In this document: piece after piece, positions 25,134 through 34,502 of the stretch | How positions within the stretch are numbered: the first letter of the stretch is position 1 | How the letters are laid out: each line of letters starts with the position of its first letter | NCBI RefSeq assembly: GCF_964188315.1 | Contig: NC_135671.1 | Coordinates: 38,378,001 to 38,442,000 of the forward strand | DNA from: Podarcis muralis | Taxonomy: Eukaryota | Reading direction: 5' to 3' | DNA length: 64,000 nt | The notes under the pieces: model-generated | Databases searched by the model: none | Told to the model about the DNA's origin: nothing | What the model saw: the letters and a program-made list of their open reading frames with translations, nothing else | Program-made: the position numbers and the translations under genes

Positions 25134-25380
25134 GTAAGGGCGCGGGAGTGAGAGGTGGGTGGGCCGCTGGCGGGGCAAGCAGTCAGGTATCCCCCTTCAG
25201 CTTGACCTGGATCTGGACCTGGACTCTTGTCTTGGAGCTGGCCCACGCAGTATCCTCCTTCCTTCTTAATGGTCCGTTTTTATCCTGAATCAGAAGTATA
25301 TAGTGCCACCCATTGGCTACTGCGCCTCTGCAGTCACATGGACTCCATGCTCCACACCAGCCACTTCCCTGCCTGTTGTA

Positions 25381-25622
25381 CAGTCATACCTCAAGTTGCG
25401 TTCCACTCTTGTTATGGACTTTCAGCTTACGAACGTGGCAAACCCAGAAGTGTTTACTTCTTGGTTCGCCGCATGCGCAGAAGCGATCTGCGCACTTCGT
25501 GCACATGTAGAAGCGTTCGATTGTGCCGCGCACATGCACTGAAGAAGCGCTCTAGTTGCGGACTTTTCAGGGTGTGAACGGCACCCTGAAATGGATTAAC
25601 TCTGCAACTAGAGGTACCACTG
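25381..25622. mobile_element. Tc1/mariner (Tigger-like) MITE
   Basis: Imperfect TIRs cagtcatacctcaagttg / caactagaggtaccactg, with TA on both sides. Confidence 0.75.
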
Positions 25623-25858
25623 TACAGGGATGTGCTAGGCCTGGGAACCAGCACAGGGGGAGGTTGCAAGCCTGCCCCTGCTGCTCATCAGATCCTCCTT
25701 CAAGCTTTGGTGTGCTCTTAAGGGACAACTCAGGATTCAGAGGCCAAATGATGCAGGATGCAGGTGATCTGCAGTTCTCCCAGTTTTTTATGGGAAAAAG
25801 TAAAAAGGCAGATCAGCCACAGGACCATTGCACTGGATCAGGACTGGGGCACTAGGGA

Positions 25859-25882
25859 GCTGCTGCTGCTGCTGCTGCTGCT
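25859..25882. repeat. (GCT)8 microsatellite
   Basis: Direct observation. Confidence 0.95.
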
Positions 25883-26097
25883 TTGTATAAAAGCCCTTTC
25901 CCATACCTTGTCTGCTTGCTTCAAGTGTGCCCCCCCCAACCAGCTGCCCTTTAAATTGTAAGCCTGAGGGCAGGACAATCCCTTGTTTGTTTTAAATAAA
26001 TTGACCACATATAAAATAATAAATTGACCCATGGAACAAAACATTCAAGTTCCATATGGGGCAAACAGTAGCTGTGTATCAGTTTCAACTGGGGAAA

Positions 26098-26101
<4 letters not shown>

Positions 26102-26144
<43 letters not shown>
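26102..26144. repeat. (TG)n microsatellite
   Basis: Direct observation. Confidence 0.95.
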
Positions 26145-26146
<2 letters not shown>

Positions 26147-27318
26147 GGGAGTTAATTCCGCCTCCCATTCCGCCGGGTGCAGCCTATGAATTTGTCATTT
26201 AAAAACCCCATGGGAGGTCCCAAGCACAGATCTCTGCAAATTCATCTAGTTGCATCCAGAGACTGGAGCACATCCTTGCTTCTCTTTGGTGAGAGGAATG
26301 GTCACCAGTGCTCCCCCCCCCCCCCATAAAGGTTCCAGTACTCACTATGAAGTTACAACACACACACAGAAATGGGAGTGGGGAGAGGGAAATGGAGGAC
26401 TTTCCCAATATCTGCAGCCATTTTACAGATTCTCTCCCCCCCCCCCAATATTTAATTCTTAAGCGAACATGTGATACGTGTAGCCAATCGGAAGCACACC
26501 TATTTCCTACTCAGCTACTAGATAATCTTCATACTCCGGAGCTGTGACAAATTCCAAATATATTGGAGCGCTGCAAAATGCATGCAGCAAAGGAAGCCTA
26601 AGGCTTTCCCATAAGGTGGGTAGGTAGCAATTGAGCAAAGGCGGAGGGTGGCGGCAGAGGAGGAAAGTCTCCCGCATGAAGCAACAGAGTTTCAAGGCGC
26701 TGGGGAGGCAAAGAGGTTGGAGATGGGCTTCACCAGCTTCAATGCTCGTCAGGAAGTGGGAGCAGCTAGGTCTTGGAAGAGGGAGACAGGGGCGCCCACT
26801 TTGGTGCTGCCAAAACCAAAGCTGCTGCCGCTTCTGCTGCCACTGGAGCAGACTGGGACGACACAGCAGCCTGCTGGGAGTGGCGGCTTTGGACCTGGCA
26901 GGTTGGCCTCTCCAGGAGGCCCATTGTATTTTGGCAGCGGCGGCAGCTGCTGTTAGGCGACTCCTCATCTTGCCCTTTGTCATCCTTCTCGGACTCATTC
27001 CTCTTCCACACAGAACATTCTGCTTAGGCCCAACCGCCCCTGGTGCACGGGAAGGAGCTGCCCAGAAAAAAGGGAGCGAGGCAGAGCACAACCACCACAG
27101 CAGCCCGGAGAGCGTGCACACACTGCCGCCCGCTCCTCAACTCACTCCCTGCAGCTGCATCAACACCACCACAGCCCGGGAGTTGTCACAGTGCCCCCTT
27201 CCCCTTTCTGCCATGGGGGAGGTGGGGAAGTAGCTGCTTTCTGTGGCTATGAAACACTTCCCTTCGTCACTATAGATGGTGGCAAGATCAGCCACCAGGG
27301 TGCAGACTATAGAAATCT

Positions 27319-27950
27319 TGTTATTAAATATACCCAAGAAAAAAGCACACCAAGAACTCAGGCCAGTGTAAGTTTCAATAGTGGGAGTGGTCCCTACTCG
27401 CAAATCAATAGTCAATAGTAACAAAAACTAATTCATTCAAGAGTATATATTCTGACAAGGATTACAAACTCAAATAGAGATTACAAACTCTAACAGAGAT
27501 TGCAAACTCAAACTCATAAAAATATGTATAACACAATAATTCATTACAGAATTAGAGATAAGAGTTTATGAGTAGATATAAGTTCATGTTAGTCCAGATT
27601 CGTCGTGGAAGTCTTAGTTTCAATCATTGAGCAGAAGTCAGAAGTCAGTTATGGATTAGAAACCAGGACAGGGCCCTGTTTCGATGTATTCACCTTCATC
27701 AGCTAATTTTTAAAGGGTCATGTAAGTTTGAAGACTTTTGGATAAATATATCCTGTTATTTTCTACGTTTCACAAGGATAACAAGTGTGGGTAATCTCTG
27801 TTTGTAATCTCTGTTAGAGTTTGTAATCCTGGTCAGAATACATACTTTTGAATGAATTAGTTTTTGTTACTATTGACTATTTGCGAGTATGGACTACTCC
27901 CACTATTGAAACTTACATTGGCCTGAGTTCTTGGTGTGCTTTTTTCTTGA
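27319..27950 (-). mobile_element. Penelope-like element remnant with ~150-bp inverted arms and an internal hammerhead
   Basis: Inverted repeats at 27335-27488 and 27800-27949, 13-bp TSD actatagaaatct (27306-27318, 27951-27963), AT-rich, with a hammerhead core between the arms. Confidence 0.75.
27660..27709 (-). ncRNA. Minimal type I hammerhead ribozyme motif
   Basis: Minus strand: aaattag-CTGATGA-a-ggtg(aata)catc-GAA-acag(ggcc)ctgt-C-ctggttt. All core nucleotides and helices I, II and III are present, with a GUC cleavage triplet. Confidence 0.8.
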
Positions 27951-28876
27951 ACTATAGAAATCTGCCATCTTGAGCCTGCAGAAGCATTGTGGGGAGTGAG
28001 GGAGAGGAAGGGTTATTATGGGATTATTTCTGCTGGGAGTGGCGGTATTATTGAAGGAAAAAACATTAAAAGTGGTTCTGGTATTAGACTAGTGCAATGT
28101 AGTGGAAGATTTTATTGTGGGGGAGGGAGGAGAGGTTCAGGTATGGTGTACTGGCAGAAAAAAGCACTGTCCCAACTCCTCCTTAGAACATCTTGCAGAG
28201 TGTAGTAGTGTGTTGAAGTCACAAATTCTGTATCTCGGTTTTCTTTGCGGGTGTGGGCAGCATTAGTTGTGGCAAATCGTCACCCTAACAGGAGCAGGAC
28301 CTGCTGTTTTCTCTGCTTAGGATGAGGATTTGCTGTAGCACTGGTGTAGCTGTGAGCATGAGAAGGGTACTCTCAACCTCACTTTTCAAAGATATGGTTT
28401 GCCACCTCTCAGACTTTTGGAGGAACTCCTACAGAGCCTCTGAGATAGGAGATGTTGGATCAAGACCTGGTGTTTTAACTTGAGTGATGTCATTAAGTCA
28501 CTCCTCTTGGAGGTAGAACTCCTGTCCAGGTACGGGAGTTTTTGTGAACTCAAGGGGATAGGCGAGAGAGGCAGGGTCCTGCGTGGTTAACAATTAAGGC
28601 TGGAGACAGAAAATAGCTTAAAAATAAATAAGCAGCTGAAGGTGACCTGAGAGAAGCTTCACTTCCATAGTGCATATGCACATTGCTTTTGTCTTCCTGT
28701 TCCCTCTAGTGAAACAGGTATCCAAAGCCTGTTGCAGAGTTGAAAATAGGCAGCGTAAACGTACCACAAGCAGCAATCTACCTTTCCAATCACTGTAAAC
28801 TGGAAAACCACCACCACCACCTGTTTCCACCTTAGTGACTTCCCTTCTCTGCAGAACCTTTTCCTTCCTACCTGGT

Positions 28877-29635
28877 TCCTTATGAGGAACAGTTGAAGGA
28901 GCTGGGTATGTTTAGCCCGAAAAAGAGGAGACTGAGAGGTATAATAAAGGTAAAGGGACCCCTGACCATTAGGTCCAGTCGTGGCCGACTCTGGGGTTGT
29001 GGCGCTCATCTCGCTTTATTGGCCGAGGGAGCCGGCGTACAGCTTCCGGGTCATGTGGCCAGCAGGACTAAGCCGCTTCTGGCAAACCAGAGCAGCACAC
29101 GGAAACGCCGTTTACCTTCCCGCTGGAGCGGTACCTATTTATCTACTTGCACTTTGATGTGCTTTCGAACTGCTAGGTTGGCAGGAGCTGGGACTGAGCA
29201 ACGGGAGCTCAACCCGTCGTTGTGGGGATTCGAACCGCCGACCTTCTGTTCGGCAAGCCAGAGAGGCTCAGTGGTTTAACCCACAGTGCCACCCACATCT
29301 CTGAGAGGTATAATAGCCACCTTCAAATATCTCAAGGGCTGTTGGGTGGAAGAGGGAACAAGCTTATTTTCTCCTGCTCTAAGGTAGGAGAATGGATTTG
29401 AGTTACAAGAAAGGAGATTCCTAGTAAGCATCTGGAAGACCTTTCTGACAGCAAGAGCTGTTTGACAGCAGAGCGGTCTCGCTCGCTTGGGAGGTGGTGA
29501 CCTCTAATTCCTTGCAGGTTTTTAAGCAGAGGTTAGATGGCCATCTGTCATGGATGCTTTAGCTGAGATTCCTGCATTGCAGGGCATTGGACTAAGTGAT
29601 TCTTGGGGTCCCTTCCAACACCACAATTCTATTCT
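28877..29635 (+). mobile_element. CR1 LINE 3' fragment interrupted by a Sauria SINE
   Basis: tatgaggaacagttgaaggagctgggtatgtttagc...gaggttagatggccatctgtcatggatgctttagctgagattcctgcattgc...ccttccaac...attctattct, a typical CR1 RT end, 3'UTR and tail. Confidence 0.85.
28947..29300 (-). mobile_element. Sauria SINE nested in CR1
   Basis: Family match, with 15-bp TSD ctgagaggtataata at 28932-28946 and 29301-29315. Confidence 0.95.
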
Positions 29636-29653
29636 GGTTTTCTCTCCTTCTAG

Positions 29654-29743
29654 GTGTTCAGCGAAGATCTCTCCAAGAATGTCATTGACCAGATTGTCTT
29701 GGACTTGATCCAGATTTATACTCTGGATACAGAAATTTCTTAA
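29654..29743 (+). CDS. CCNQ: Cyclin Q coding exon 5 (terminal)
   Basis: VFSEDLSKNVIDQIVLDLIQIYTLDTEIS*, acceptor tctctccttctAG. The joined CDS is 723 nt, giving 240 aa plus stop. Confidence 0.96.
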   Translation: MFSEDLSKNVIDQIVLDLIQIYTLDTEIS

Positions 29744-30032
29744 GTATATCGGGCCGTAAGGAGTAAGCTTCAGCGTCCCAAGTCGACTGGTCACTTTAAG
29801 TGGGGTTGAGGTGATAGTGTTGCCGCCTCAAAACACACCAAATTTGTATCCTGTTTTTTTTGAGCGACCCAGTAGAACAGAACGGGCTGGATTGGTGTTT
29901 GTGCCTGGATAGACTGTGTTCTGTGGTGTCCCTGAATCCCTCTCCAGCCTGGAATTAGTCCTCTACTCCCAACTTGGTGCCAGCTCAGAGTCCATGGGGA
30001 AAGAAGAACATGGGGAAGGAACCTGTTGTCTC

Positions 30033-30183
30033 CCTACTACAGGTGAAACATGTTGCCAGGATATTTCCCCCACCTGTTTCTGGAATTGTTCCCCAAAGCT
30101 ACTACAGATGTTTCACCTACTACAGGTGAAACATGTTGCCAGGATATTTCCCCCACCTGTTTCTGGAATTGTTCCCCAAAGCT
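30033..30183. repeat. 68-bp tandem duplication with a templated 15-nt junction, in the CCNQ 3'UTR
   Basis: Identical copies at 30033-30100 and 30116-30183. Confidence 0.95.
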
Positions 30184-30764
30184 TCAACGTACCAGTCATA
30201 GATCTTGGATGAAGTACTGTGACTCCATGACATCTGACAAAGACTCCACTGCTGTGAATGCCTTAATTCCAGAGTAAGAAAATTTCATGGATGAACTATG
30301 GCTGCCAATGAATAGAAAAAAATGTCACTACTCATTTCAAGCCTCATCATGCCCCCTGCAGTTCTTTCCTCCCAGTGTTAGAAACTCAGACATATGAGCC
30401 AATTGGCACCTTGAATCCAGGTTGCGGTTGCCCCAACAGAATGCCTCTTCACCAGGGGGTTGGACTAGATGACCCGAGTTCCATCTGACAAATTGAAATG
30501 TTGGCACTGATTGAACAGTCAGAAGTTCAATCCTTGAGTTCTCCCCTTTGCTCTTTCAAAACTCTAGAACTCGAGTTTCGTCCAGTTACACGGCAGTATC
30601 TTCAGGACATGCCAAAGTCTGTATGCTGATAGCACAAAATAATTAACGTGAGATTTATTGCCATGGAATGTGATGGCTCTTAAAAAGGATTAGGCAGATT
30701 CATAAAGCCTTGGACTTTTCACTGCCTTGGTAGCTACTGGATGCCTTACTGGGAGCAATTCATA

Positions 30765-30770
30765 AATAAA
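30765..30770 (+). terminator. CCNQ: Candidate CCNQ polyadenylation signal AATAAA
   Basis: First AATAAA I found after the stop codon, ~1.0 kb downstream. No transcript evidence. Confidence 0.45.
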
Positions 30771-31280
30771 ATTAATAATAAGAAGTAATGTGTCCACAGA
30801 CAGTATACCTTCTGAGTGCCGTTTCATTCTTATACCTCTGCCTGTTCCACTTGGGGTGGGAGTCAATTCTCCATGCTTCATAATGGCCAGATAACAATTG
30901 TTAGCCGGTCCTAATGTGGCAGAGAAAACTCAGGGAGGCTGCCTGCCTTTGGCAGCGAGACCAGTGTGGGCCAACTTTCAAGGACATGCTGCAAGTCATG
31001 TCGAAATGGTGAGCCACTGCTGCTGCCATGTCCACTACAGTCACCCCCCCCATTTGTGGTTTGGGGTGGTTTTGCCCCCACCCTGCTGTGAATGAGCGGA
31101 GGCAGATGCCAGGAGAGCCCTTTCTAGGGCATAGCTCTTGCGCCAGAGCCCCCTGCTGCCTGTGCCACTGAGGGCTGCCAGCTCACCACTTGCTAACTAG
31201 ATCTCTTCCAGATTGACCTCTCATTGCAGTACATTTGCAGCTCAGCTCCTGCATGTCTGCCATATTTCTACTTTAGTATA

Positions 31281-31741
31281 CAGTGGTGCCTCGCAAGACG
31301 AAAAGAATCCGTTCCGCGAGTCTCTTCGTCTTGCGGTTTTTTCGTCTTGCGAAGCAAGCCCATTAGCGGCTTAGCGGGTTTAGCGGATCAGCTGATAAGC
31401 GGCTTAGCGGATCAGCTGTTAAGCGGCTTAGCGGATCAGCTGATAAGCGGCTTAGCGGATCAGCTGTTAAGCGGCTTAGCGGATCAGCTGTTAAGCGGCT
31501 TAGCGGATCAGCTGATAAGCGGCTTAGCGGATCAGCTGTTAAGCGGCTTAGCGGATCAGCTGATAAGCGGCTTAGCGGCTTGGGAAAAAGGGGGGGGGGG
31601 GAGGAAAAAAACCCTGCAGGAATTTGCAAGACATTTTCGTCTTGCAAAGCAAGCCCATAGGAAATTCGTTTTGCGAAGCACCTCCCTTTCGTCTAGCGGG
31701 TTTTACGCCTTGCGAGGCATTCGTCTTGCGGGGCACCACTG
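31281..31741. mobile_element. Tc1/mariner (Tigger-like) MITE carrying an expanded minisatellite
   Basis: TIRs cagtggtgcctcgcaagacgaa / ttcgtcttgcggggcaccactg, with TA TSD. Confidence 0.92.
31367..31578. repeat. 24-bp minisatellite gcggcttagcggatcagctg(a/t)taa, ~8 copies
   Basis: Direct observation. Variant order is A,T,A,T,T,A,T,A. Confidence 0.95.
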
Positions 31742-32627
31742 TATTTCTACTTTATATTTCTACTTTAGTGACACACATCCTGAACTTGTAGGAATGACTC
31801 TTCAGTCTTCAGTGGCCCATGGAAGCAAAAATGGCATTTCTTCATCTCCAGGGTGAATGCCCTTTATACTTCGTATTAGAAGTCAGAATGGAAAACCAGT
31901 TCAGTTTTCAAATGGAAGTGAATGTAAGGACTGAGGATGTGTGTGCTTCTAGTCCCCCCCCCCTCCACCTGTGGTGTGTCTTCCAAACCTGGCAATACCC
32001 TTAGCCAGCATACTCTAAGAGCATAATCTACAGCGTAATCTACAGAGAGTATTGTCAGGCATCAAGTGGAGAGGATGCTGGAAGTGGAGTTGTAACAAAG
32101 GAAGCATCTGCTACTGGTTAGAACAAGTTGGACTAGCCACACGGGGTTGCAGAGAGACGTGCTCCAGCTCTTGGTTCTAGCAAGCCAGCCACCCCTCTCC
32201 CCACCACTATCAGTCAGCATCTTGTGTCCCACATTGCATACTTAGTTTTCATTGTTTTGGGACCCCCTTCTGCTTTTAGGGTTTTTTCCTACAGTTTTTT
32301 GGGACAGTGGATGGAGCTTACTATTAGTGTATAGTCCTTAGGATGGAGGAGAGTGGGGAAAAAGGTTTACCAAACTTACGCAAACTCTAGGTCCCTTATG
32401 GATGGTCCCCAGTGTGGTCCACTTGACACTGATGGTGGTAGCAGCCAAAGAAAGGAAATAAACTCTACATATTACTTATTACAGCCCATTGCATTTTGAG
32501 AAAAAGTCCTTTATCAAAGGCACTGTAAATGTACAAATAACAAGAAGGATAACTGGTACAAAATGCAATAGATTATCATAAATGTCTTTTAAAATTTATC
32601 CGATACCCAAGTTCAGTGGTTTATATA

Positions 32628-32897
32628 CAGTGGTGCCCCGCAAGACGAATGCCTCGCAAGACGAAAAACTCGCTAGACGAAAGGGTTTTTCGTTTTTTGA
32701 GGTGCTTCGCAAGACGAATTTCCCTATGGGCTTGCTTCGCAAGACGAAAACGTCTTGCGAGTTTGTTTCCTTTTTCTTAAAGCCGCTAAGCCGTTAATAG
32801 CCGCGAAGCCGCTAATAGCCGTGCTTCGCAAGACGAAAAAACCGCAAGACGAGGAGACTCGCGGAACGGATTAATTTCGTCTTGCGAGGCACCACTG
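32628..32897. mobile_element. Tc1/mariner MITE, same family as 31281-31741, opposite orientation
   Basis: Same TIRs and TA TSD. Its right end is the reverse complement of the left end of the 31281 copy. Confidence 0.92.
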
Positions 32898-32984
32898 TAT
32901 TACTTGTACATTTACAATGCTCTTGATAATTCCCCCCCAAAAAAACAAATTGGGCTTACAAACAATATTTTGTAGCACTTGTAG

Positions 32985-32990
32985 TTTATT
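32985..32990 (-). terminator. ATP2B3: Candidate distal ATP2B3 polyadenylation signal
   Basis: AATAAA on the minus strand with a U-rich tract ~40 nt downstream. Further AATAAA copies lie near 33170-33190 and 33480. Confidence 0.45.
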
Positions 32991-34375
32991 TCTCCCCCAT
33001 TTTTGCTTGAAAGTGTTGCTATCCTGGGACTGTGGCTGGTTTTCTGCTTTCGCTTTGGGTAGCAGCCTGGTCTTGTTTTAATAATCAAGTCGTTAAAGCA
33101 GGCTTTGTGATTTTTGGATGGCCTCTTCCATTTGGACAAATGTACAAGCGCTTTTTTTAAACTTATTTATTATTATTATTTATTATTATTTTTAAAAAAC
33201 CTTTCACCCTCTCCCCCTTTTTACTATGATTTAGGAAAAAAAATATCCCCAATGAAACGGAATCCCCCCTCCCTTAGAAGGAATGCCCTTACCCTCCCAC
33301 ACTTGTGAAATAGCAGAAACTCACTGATAAACACCTGGCAAATTTGTACAGCAGCAAAGTGATCTCTTTTTTGTTCGGATGGGGTGTGTGTGTGCATATA
33401 TAAGCCCAGACTGGGACTAAAGCTTTCCTTTGGTGGCCCATTCCGTTTACTTGAAAATTAAACACTTAAGATTTCCATTTTTATTTTTTTCCCCTTTAAA
33501 CACTCAGATGAGGAAAAAGAAACTTTTTTTTTGTTTTCGTTGTTTTTCTTGGAAAGAAAAGATGACGACAAAAAGATTTACAGATGGGTTTGGCATTTGC
33601 CCTTCCGAAGAAGGGATGGCTTTTCTGACAGTGCTGCAGCTGGTATTTTCAAGCAGGTTTGCCCTGGGAAAACGCAGAGTATGTTCCACAGTTTCTAAAT
33701 ATTACAGACTTTTAGTTACATATTTTTTATATGCGGAGAAAGCTGGGGCTGCAAGGGGTTGAGGGCGACTCATCTTTGCAGCAAAAGACAAAACAGTCTG
33801 GTCAGGGACAGCACCCATGAATCCTGACTCCTTCCCCATCTCTCCCTGGCTGCTGTAGGTACAGCTCCTTTGTCACCATGTGTGACAGAACTATGTATGG
33901 TTCTTTGGTGGCCTCTATGTAGCCCCACATTGCGGAACTGTATCAGTGCAGACCACGGCACCAGATACTTGTAAGAAACTCTCAGCATCCACAAAAGGGT
34001 GCTGGCCCTTCATTTAAGTTCAGTGGTTGCACTCTGCCCAGATCTGTGCTTGCTGCCATGGAGAGCCAGTGGCAGTTAGGAGCTTTTCACAGGGTCTTTC
34101 TGGCAGGAATGTTGTATAACTGAGGTTAAGATAAGCTGGTTTGGTTTGGAAGAAGATGAACGCAAGCTTAACCTGGTGGAAGCCAGTATTCTCTCTGGGC
34201 AATAAAGGCGTTTTTCTGACCTTATGACACCATGTGCTACTGTGCCGTGAACCTCAACTTTTCTTTCTCTGCCCTCGCCTGCTAGACCAAAGGTTCTCTA
34301 AGCGAGAGCCAATGCAGTGCATCCATCCAATAGCACGTCAGAGTTAAACAAGGGAAATCACACCCAGCCATGGAA

Positions 34376-34502
34376 GCTAGTTGGTGGCCTCTGATACGGC
34401 ATGAGATTCTTGATCTCAGGATCGTGCGTTTGATCCCACCTTGGGCAAAAGACTGCTGCAATTTTGGACTAGATGGTCCCTTTCAACCCTAGGATTCTAT
34501 GA
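34376..34502 (+). mobile_element. Degenerate tRNA-Lys-derived SINE with CR1-like tail
   Basis: gcatgagattcttgatctcaggatcgtgcgtttgatcccaccttgggc head, then ttggactagatgg...ttctatga. Confidence 0.65.

Noticed and set aside
26507-27233. Overlapping ~200-aa ORFs on both strands in the last CCNQ intron
   Set aside because: GC-rich, gctgct-type low-complexity tract typical of non-autonomous element interiors; no recognisable domain or splice structure.
27288-27305. CTCF-like gccaccagggtgcag
   Set aside because: Mismatch at a highly conserved core G.
31367-31578. CRISPR-like regular repeat
   Set aside because: No unique spacers; it is a eukaryotic tandem repeat.
31224-31856. 210-aa ORF with leucine-zipper-like SGLADQL(I/L) repeats
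   Set aside because: Translation of a stop-free 24-bp minisatellite inside a MITE.
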